Assembly (NCBI GenBank): GCA_965242925.1
Contig: CBDEUM010000038.1
Span: forward strand, 256,001 to 320,000
Length of the DNA: 64,000 nt
Reading direction: 5' to 3'
Source of the DNA: Roseibacillus sp.
GTDB taxonomy: Bacteria > Verrucomicrobiota > Verrucomicrobiia > Verrucomicrobiales > Akkermansiaceae
Shown here: positions 59,257 to 64,000 of the stretch, piece after piece
Numbering within the stretch: the first letter of the stretch is position 1
Layout: the number at the start of each line of letters is the position of its first letter
Position numbers and translations under genes: made by a program
Notes under the pieces: generated by a model
Told to the model about the DNA's origin: nothing
The model's database searches: none
What the model saw: only the letters and a program-made list of their open reading frames with translations

Positions 59257-59595
59257 GTGACCGCGAGGCGATCGATTACCACTTTTGAAAGCCGGGTGTA
59301 TGCCGTCCTGCGGGAAATTCCACAGGGGAAGGTGGTTACCTATGCAGCCTTGGCCCATCATCTCAATTGCCGCTCGGCCCAGGCGGTAGGGCAGGCGCTC
59401 AAGCGCAACCCGTTTGCGCCGGAGACACCCTGTCACCGTGTGATCCGGACAGATGGATCGTTGGGTGGCTATTCCGGAAAGCGTCGGGGTGTGCGGGTGG
59501 AGCGCAAGCGACGAATTCTTGCGGGGGAAGGCGTGGTATTTGACGAGGCGGATCAGCTCTGTGATTCCAGTCGGCTCTGGAGCTGGACAGATTGA
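59257..59595 (+). CDS. MGMT-family methylated-DNA--protein-cysteine methyltransferase, single domain
   Basis: IPQGKVVTY, AVGQAL..NP, PCHRV, LGGY. Confidence 0.88.
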   Translation: MTARRSITTFESRVYAVLREIPQGKVVTYAALAHHLNCRSAQAVGQALKRNPFAPETPCHRVIRTDGSLGGYSGKRRGVRVERKRRILAGEGVVFDEADQLCDSSRLWSWTD

Positions 59596-59635
59596 CGGTT
59601 GGCAGAAGGCGGGCAGGGACTATGCTGACCGCGCC

Positions 59636-60694
59636 ATGCGATCCCTCACCCTTTTCCTCCTCCTTGCCGTCTTCTGCCCGGTAGCGGGCAGGGCCGGAAC
59701 CCCGGAGGCGGCCGCTCAAATCAGGAACGAGTATGAAGCGGCGGTCCGGATCTGGGCTCAGAAACTGGCGGTTGCGGATTCCCAGGCTCAACGCAATGTC
59801 TGGAAGAACCGCCCCGGGTCATCGGACTATGGTGCGCGCATGTGGATGGAACTGAAGGATTCCCTGCGCACGGACTGGACCATCGAGTATTGCGTCTGGC
59901 TCCTGGAGCGCGCCCCTGTTTTTGCAGCGGAGACTGACTCGGGAGAGTCGCGGTCGCGCGCGCAGTTCATCATACAGTCCCTCCAGCGTTTCCACCTCAA
60001 GAGTCCCAAGATCGGAATGCTCTGCCTGGCTTTGACCAGCCAGCCTGATCGCTCCATTCTCAAGGTGATTGAGACGGTCGAGCAAGAGAATCCACACGAG
60101 GAGGTCCAGGGTCAGGCGTCCCTCGCGATCGCGATGCTCCTGAAGGGGCTGGGTGATGATGCGGTAATCCTGGAGCGGCGGATTCGCAATCTGCGACGGG
60201 CCATCATCAAGGCCCATGAGGTGAAGGTGGGGGATACCACCGTCTCCAAGTTGGCCATGGATGAGATTTTCGTGATTCAGAACCTGGTCAAGGGGAGGAC
60301 TGCTCCCGATGCCATCGGGCGGGACTCGGCAGGGGAGCCCTTCAAGTTGAGCATTTTAAAGGGCAAGGTGACTGTGCTGGCTTTCTGGCATACCAGTATG
60401 CGCGACGCTGAGCGGGGTCTGGGCCTTTTACGTAAGCTGCATGAGCAGCACGGAAAGCGTGGGATGAATCTGATCGGGGTGACCTCCGACTCCCGGGAGG
60501 TGCTGCGTAGTCTGCGAGCCAACGGGACCATCCCTTGGCGGAATCTTTCCGATGTAGACGGGCGGATCCACTCTCAGTATCGGGTGAGAGATCTTCCCCT
60601 GGTTTACGTCCTGGATGCCCAGCGGAAGATCCGCTACATCGGCGGCCCCGGGTCTTTCGTAGATCTGACGGTAGAAGGAATGCTCGCCGAGTAG
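59636..60694 (+). CDS. Secreted TlpA/redoxin-fold protein lacking CXXC
   Basis: GRTAPD, LKGKVTVLAFWHTSM, LIGV, IPW, LPLVYVLD. Confidence 0.75.
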   Translation: MRSLTLFLLLAVFCPVAGRAGTPEAAAQIRNEYEAAVRIWAQKLAVADSQAQRNVWKNRPGSSDYGARMWMELKDSLRTDWTIEYCVWLLERAPVFAAETDSGESRSRAQFIIQSLQRFHLKSPKIGMLCLALTSQPDRSILKVIETVEQENPHEEVQGQASLAIAMLLKGLGDDAVILERRIRNLRRAIIKAHEVKVGDTTVSKLAMDEIFVIQNLVKGRTAPDAIGRDSAGEPFKLSILKGKVTVLAFWHTSMRDAERGLGLLRKLHEQHGKRGMNLIGVTSDSREVLRSLRANGTIPWRNLSDVDGRIHSQYRVRDLPLVYVLDAQRKIRYIGGPGSFVDLTVEGMLAE

Positions 60695-60706
60695 AGGGCG
60701 GGTTCT

Positions 60707-61993
60707 TCAGGACTGGCAGGGAGATTTACCCGGCTCTGGTTCCTGTTCGCGGGTAGCGGGATCCCAGATATAGCGGGTAAAGAGAACCTTCACAGAGGCC
60801 GTGAGAGGGATCGCGAGGAGGGCGCCCAGGAATCCGCCCAGGACAAGGGACCAGAAGAAGATCGAGAAGATGATGGTCATGGGGTGGAGCCCCACCTTGT
60901 CTCCGATGATCTTGGGTTGGACAAAGAGTCCATCGATTTGCTGGACCACGAAGAAGATGGCGAAGACCAGGGCTGGGTGCTGCCAGTCGCCATACGTGGC
61001 CACCGCGATGATCATGGCCGGAATGAGGGTCACCAGGAATCCGATGAAGGGCATCACTCCCAGGATGGCGAGGGCAAGGCCAATCACAAAGGCGTAGGGG
61101 AGCCCGATCATCCAGAGAAGGAGACCGGTGAGGAGGCCGTCGATGATGCTGACAAGGACCTGGCCACGGAAGAAGGCGATGAGGTATCCGTTCATCTCGC
61201 CGAGGGTTGCGACGACTTCGCGCTTCAGGTTGGATTCACGCAGGGGTACGAAGTGGCTCCAGCGGCTCTGAATGATGGCGGCCTCCTTCAAAAAGAAGAA
61301 GAGGTAGACCGGGACGAGGAGAAATCCGAGGGCGTAGCCGATGAAACCAAAGACCTTGCCGGCTCCGCCTTCAAGCCAGTTGAGCCCTGTGGTCAGGAGA
61401 TCCTCGAGATTTTCGGTGGCCCAGTGCCAGCCCTTGCTTTTTCTGAGATCAAATTCGCCGGCATCCTGGCCTGGAATCCACTTGGGAAAATTCTCGAGCC
61501 AGTCGTCATAGTTTGCGAGTTGCTTCTCTTGTGAGGGATCGGCTGAAGATGTGGCGGGCTCTTCTCCTGTTTCATGTTCGGCCAGAGCCTGATTGGCCAG
61601 GGGGCGTAACCAGGGTGTGGTGCGGATATGCTGGACCAGATTGCTGGCCAACTGCTCCCGCTTTTCGAACAGTTCCCCGGCCTGAGAGGCGATCTTGGGG
61701 CTTATTACCAGGAGCGTGGATCCCAGGAGGATGGCGGAACCGGCAAAAACGGATAGGATGGCCCGCAGGCGAGACAGGCCCTTTTCCTCCAGTTTCACCA
61801 CCAGAGGATTGAGGAGATAGGCGAGGATGCCGGCTACCGCCAGGGGAACGAGAACCGGTTGAAGATAGGTGAGAGTTCTACCGATGAGAATGACGAGGCC
61901 CACGAGGAGGGCTCCAATCACCGCGATGGCAATGCCAGTCAGGGCAATCCAGAGAGCGCGGCGCTGAAAGTCGGTTGGGAACTGGTGGAGCAC
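60707..61993 (-). CDS. AI-2E family transporter
   Basis: LAYLLNPLV, FFRGQ, PFIG, QPKIIGDKVGLHP, LGALLAIPL. Confidence 0.9.
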   Translation of the reverse strand: MLHQFPTDFQRRALWIALTGIAIAVIGALLVGLVILIGRTLTYLQPVLVPLAVAGILAYLLNPLVVKLEEKGLSRLRAILSVFAGSAILLGSTLLVISPKIASQAGELFEKREQLASNLVQHIRTTPWLRPLANQALAEHETGEEPATSSADPSQEKQLANYDDWLENFPKWIPGQDAGEFDLRKSKGWHWATENLEDLLTTGLNWLEGGAGKVFGFIGYALGFLLVPVYLFFFLKEAAIIQSRWSHFVPLRESNLKREVVATLGEMNGYLIAFFRGQVLVSIIDGLLTGLLLWMIGLPYAFVIGLALAILGVMPFIGFLVTLIPAMIIAVATYGDWQHPALVFAIFFVVQQIDGLFVQPKIIGDKVGLHPMTIIFSIFFWSLVLGGFLGALLAIPLTASVKVLFTRYIWDPATREQEPEPGKSPCQS

Positions 61994-62218
61994 AGGCAGT
62001 TCAAAGAATTAGCAATCCGGGGAACAGGGGGCGATGAGAAAGTCGGGAAAGGCTGGGGGTCAGTCCGACAGGAGGAACCGTTCAGGGTATGACCGTTCCT
62101 TCATCCGCCGTTCGGAGTATTTGAGGGGAAAGGATCCTGTGTGGAGCTATTCAAGGGCCGCAGAATTCAAATCACACGAACCGGGAAGATCGGGAATGTC
62201 TGGCGGATGACCTAGTTG

Positions 62219-63094
62219 CTATCCGTTTCTGGTCACGCGGTCGAGCACGCCATTAACGAAGCCGGGAGATTCAGTGGTGCCGAAAGCACGGGCGAGTTCG
62301 ATGGCCTCGTTGATGGCTACAGCGGTCGGAACTTCGTCGTCGAAAAGGAGTTCGTATGTGCCGAGTCGGAGGATGGACCGGTCGACCCTGTCCAGTCGCT
62401 CAGGGGAGTAGTTGTCTACCACCGCGGCCAGTTTCCGGTCGATGTCAGCGAGATGTCGGTGCAGATCATGATAGTAGGATTCGATGCGCGAGGTGGTGTG
62501 AGCAAGATCCGTCTCGGCCCGCGCCACGGATTTCAATTCGGGCAGCGTCGTGAGGTCGTCGCCGAGGGCAAGGGAGAGGCGTTCACTCACGGGTACGATC
62601 TGTTCTCGCAGAACCAGAGCTTCGTCGTGCAGTTGCTGGAGGGCGGGGAAGTGTGGATTGGTGGCGCTCACCCGGGTTGCCGCGGAGAGAGCAGCGCGAT
62701 TGCTCCGTTTAGCGCCTTCCATACTCTCCCGGAGGCGGGTGACATCCTTGTTGCCTTTGAGTTCGTGACGCAGGCCATGGAGGAAGGTGCGGAGGTTTTC
62801 CTCCTCCTCGCTCCAGGATTTGAGGTCCCTGTTCATCTCGTCGGCCCCATCGGCGGGATCGAGTTCTTCGAGGGTGAGCAGGAGAGGGGAAAGACCGGCG
62901 ATGATCTTCTCCCGGCCTTGCTGGAGATGCACTATGGCCCTTGCGCGAGCTCTCGTGGACCTGTCCCGGGTCGACTCCAGGAGCAGCGACAGGATGGCGG
63001 GATCCGGCGCATCCGGGAGTTCATCTGCGGGGCCCAAGGCATAGAGGAACTGCACAACCGCCTCGCGTATACGGCGACGGGAAGTGTCAGGCAT
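62219..63094 (-). CDS. nusB: Transcription antitermination factor NusB with large internal insertion
   Basis: [47 protein letters not shown]; follows ribH. Confidence 0.88.
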   Translation of the reverse strand: MPDTSRRRIREAVVQFLYALGPADELPDAPDPAILSLLLESTRDRSTRARARAIVHLQQGREKIIAGLSPLLLTLEELDPADGADEMNRDLKSWSEEEENLRTFLHGLRHELKGNKDVTRLRESMEGAKRSNRAALSAATRVSATNPHFPALQQLHDEALVLREQIVPVSERLSLALGDDLTTLPELKSVARAETDLAHTTSRIESYYHDLHRHLADIDRKLAAVVDNYSPERLDRVDRSILRLGTYELLFDDEVPTAVAINEAIELARAFGTTESPGFVNGVLDRVTRNG

Positions 63095-63596
63095 CTTTTG
63101 GCTGGGTGCGAAGCGATCCTCCGCGGTCAAGTTCGGAGAAGATCTCCACCATGGAGGTGGCAGCACGAGCGGCTTCGATTCCGCGGTTTAGTTCGTCACC
63201 CAGACAACGGACGTGGGCCTGCGCTTCGTCCGCCACCAGAAGCACTTCATTGATGACCGGGGTAGTGTAATCGAGGGAGAGTTGCTGGAGGGCATCGATA
63301 ACGCTGCGGGCTACCAGATCGGCGTGGGCGGTTTCGCCTTGGATGATGACTCCGAGGGCAATCGCACAAATCGGTTGTTCAAGTTCGAGTAGAGACTTGA
63401 TGACAACCGGGATCTCAAAGGCACCGGGCACCCGGATCAGGTCGACCCGGGCCTGTGGCAGGAGCTCGCTCAGTTCCTCGATCGCGTTATCAACGAGTCC
63501 GTCGCTGTAAACCTCGTTGTACTTCGAGGCCACGATGGCGAGTTTGTTGTGCTTGGCATTGAAGATGCGAGGCTTCCGGGAGATTTCTAGAGACAT
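63087..63596 (-). CDS. ribH: 6,7-dimethyl-8-ribityllumazine synthase
   Basis: [28 protein letters not shown]. Confidence 0.92.
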   Translation of the reverse strand: MSLEISRKPRIFNAKHNKLAIVASKYNEVYSDGLVDNAIEELSELLPQARVDLIRVPGAFEIPVVIKSLLELEQPICAIALGVIIQGETAHADLVARSVIDALQQLSLDYTTPVINEVLLVADEAQAHVRCLGDELNRGIEAARAATSMVEIFSELDRGGSLRTQPKDA

Positions 63597-63725
63597 GACG
63601 AATGAACCTTAGGATCTAAGAGATGGATGCTGAATCGAAAATTCAGGGAATTGTAGTGCGGCTTCCTGGGGGGTGACACGTGACGATTTCGTCACAGGCC
63701 TCGCTGCTCTCATGGAGGGCCTTTC

Positions 63726-64000
63726 CTACAGGCGATGGCCGAGTTTGTCGCGTTTCGTTTCGAGGTAGCGGCGGTTGTCGGGATTGGGCTCGGAGCGGAT
63801 CAGCACCTGATCGACGATTTCCAGTCCGTATCCCTCTAAACCCACCACTTTCTTCGGATTATTAGTGAGCAGGCGGATCTTGCGGACACCGAGGTCGTGG
63901 AGAATCTGGGCCCCCATTCCGTAGTGCCGAAGGTCGGACGGGAACCCCAGTCTTTCGTTAGCCTCCACCGTATCAAGGCCTTTCTCCTGGAGCTTGTATG
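63726..64000 (-). CDS. ribBA: GTP cyclohydrolase II (RibA/RibBA) C-terminus, truncated by window edge
   Basis: [39 protein letters not shown]. Confidence 0.88.
   Translation of the reverse strand, partial: YKLQEKGLDTVEANERLGFPSDLRHYGMGAQILHDLGVRKIRLLTNNPKKVVGLEGYGLEIVDQVLIRSEPNPDNRRYLETKRDKLGHRL

Noticed and set aside
59257..59595. Alkyltransferase-like (ATL) inactive protein
   Set aside because: The active-site Cys is retained (PCHRV), so it is an ordinary MGMT-type protein.
63597..63725. FMN riboswitch near rib genes
   Set aside because: No RFN signature (AGGGCGGGGTGAAATTCCC...) is visible, and the gap is short.

Overview
Gene-dense bacterial chromosome segment. Gene content (PEP-CTERM protein, mcsA-mcsB-clpC, Gld-like ABC cassette, LTD/CotH surface protein, long NusB) suggests a Verrucomicrobiales organism; this taxonomy is an inference. 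Roughly 1-35.6 kb is mostly housekeeping or metabolic: lolD-like, ilvE, mcsAB-clpC, phoBR, fused AhbAB-like siroheme decarboxylase, CCA-adding enzyme, prepilin peptidase, hemQ/chdC, ferredoxin, HAD-FolB fusion, ECF sigma module, actinobacterial Sdh1-type succinate dehydrogenase, Gld-like ABC system, recF and a six-gene sugar-catabolic operon. tRNA-Phe(GAA) is followed by about 20 kb of accessory secreted or glycan-acting genes, then parB, a SET-domain gene, an MGMT-family gene, an AI-2E transporter, nusB, ribH and a partial ribBA. No CRISPR array, rRNA, intact transposase or integrase was seen. The best candidates for undescribed biology are: (1) a translationally coupled SDR-ROK-SIS-MetE-core-lactonase-KDPG aldolase operon that lacks a dehydratase; (2) a HAD phosphatase-dihydroneopterin aldolase fusion; (3) a hybrid AhbAB plus ChdC heme route; (4) a structured intergenic RNA candidate between nusB and the AI-2E gene. 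All calls come from motif recognition by eye; no searches were run.
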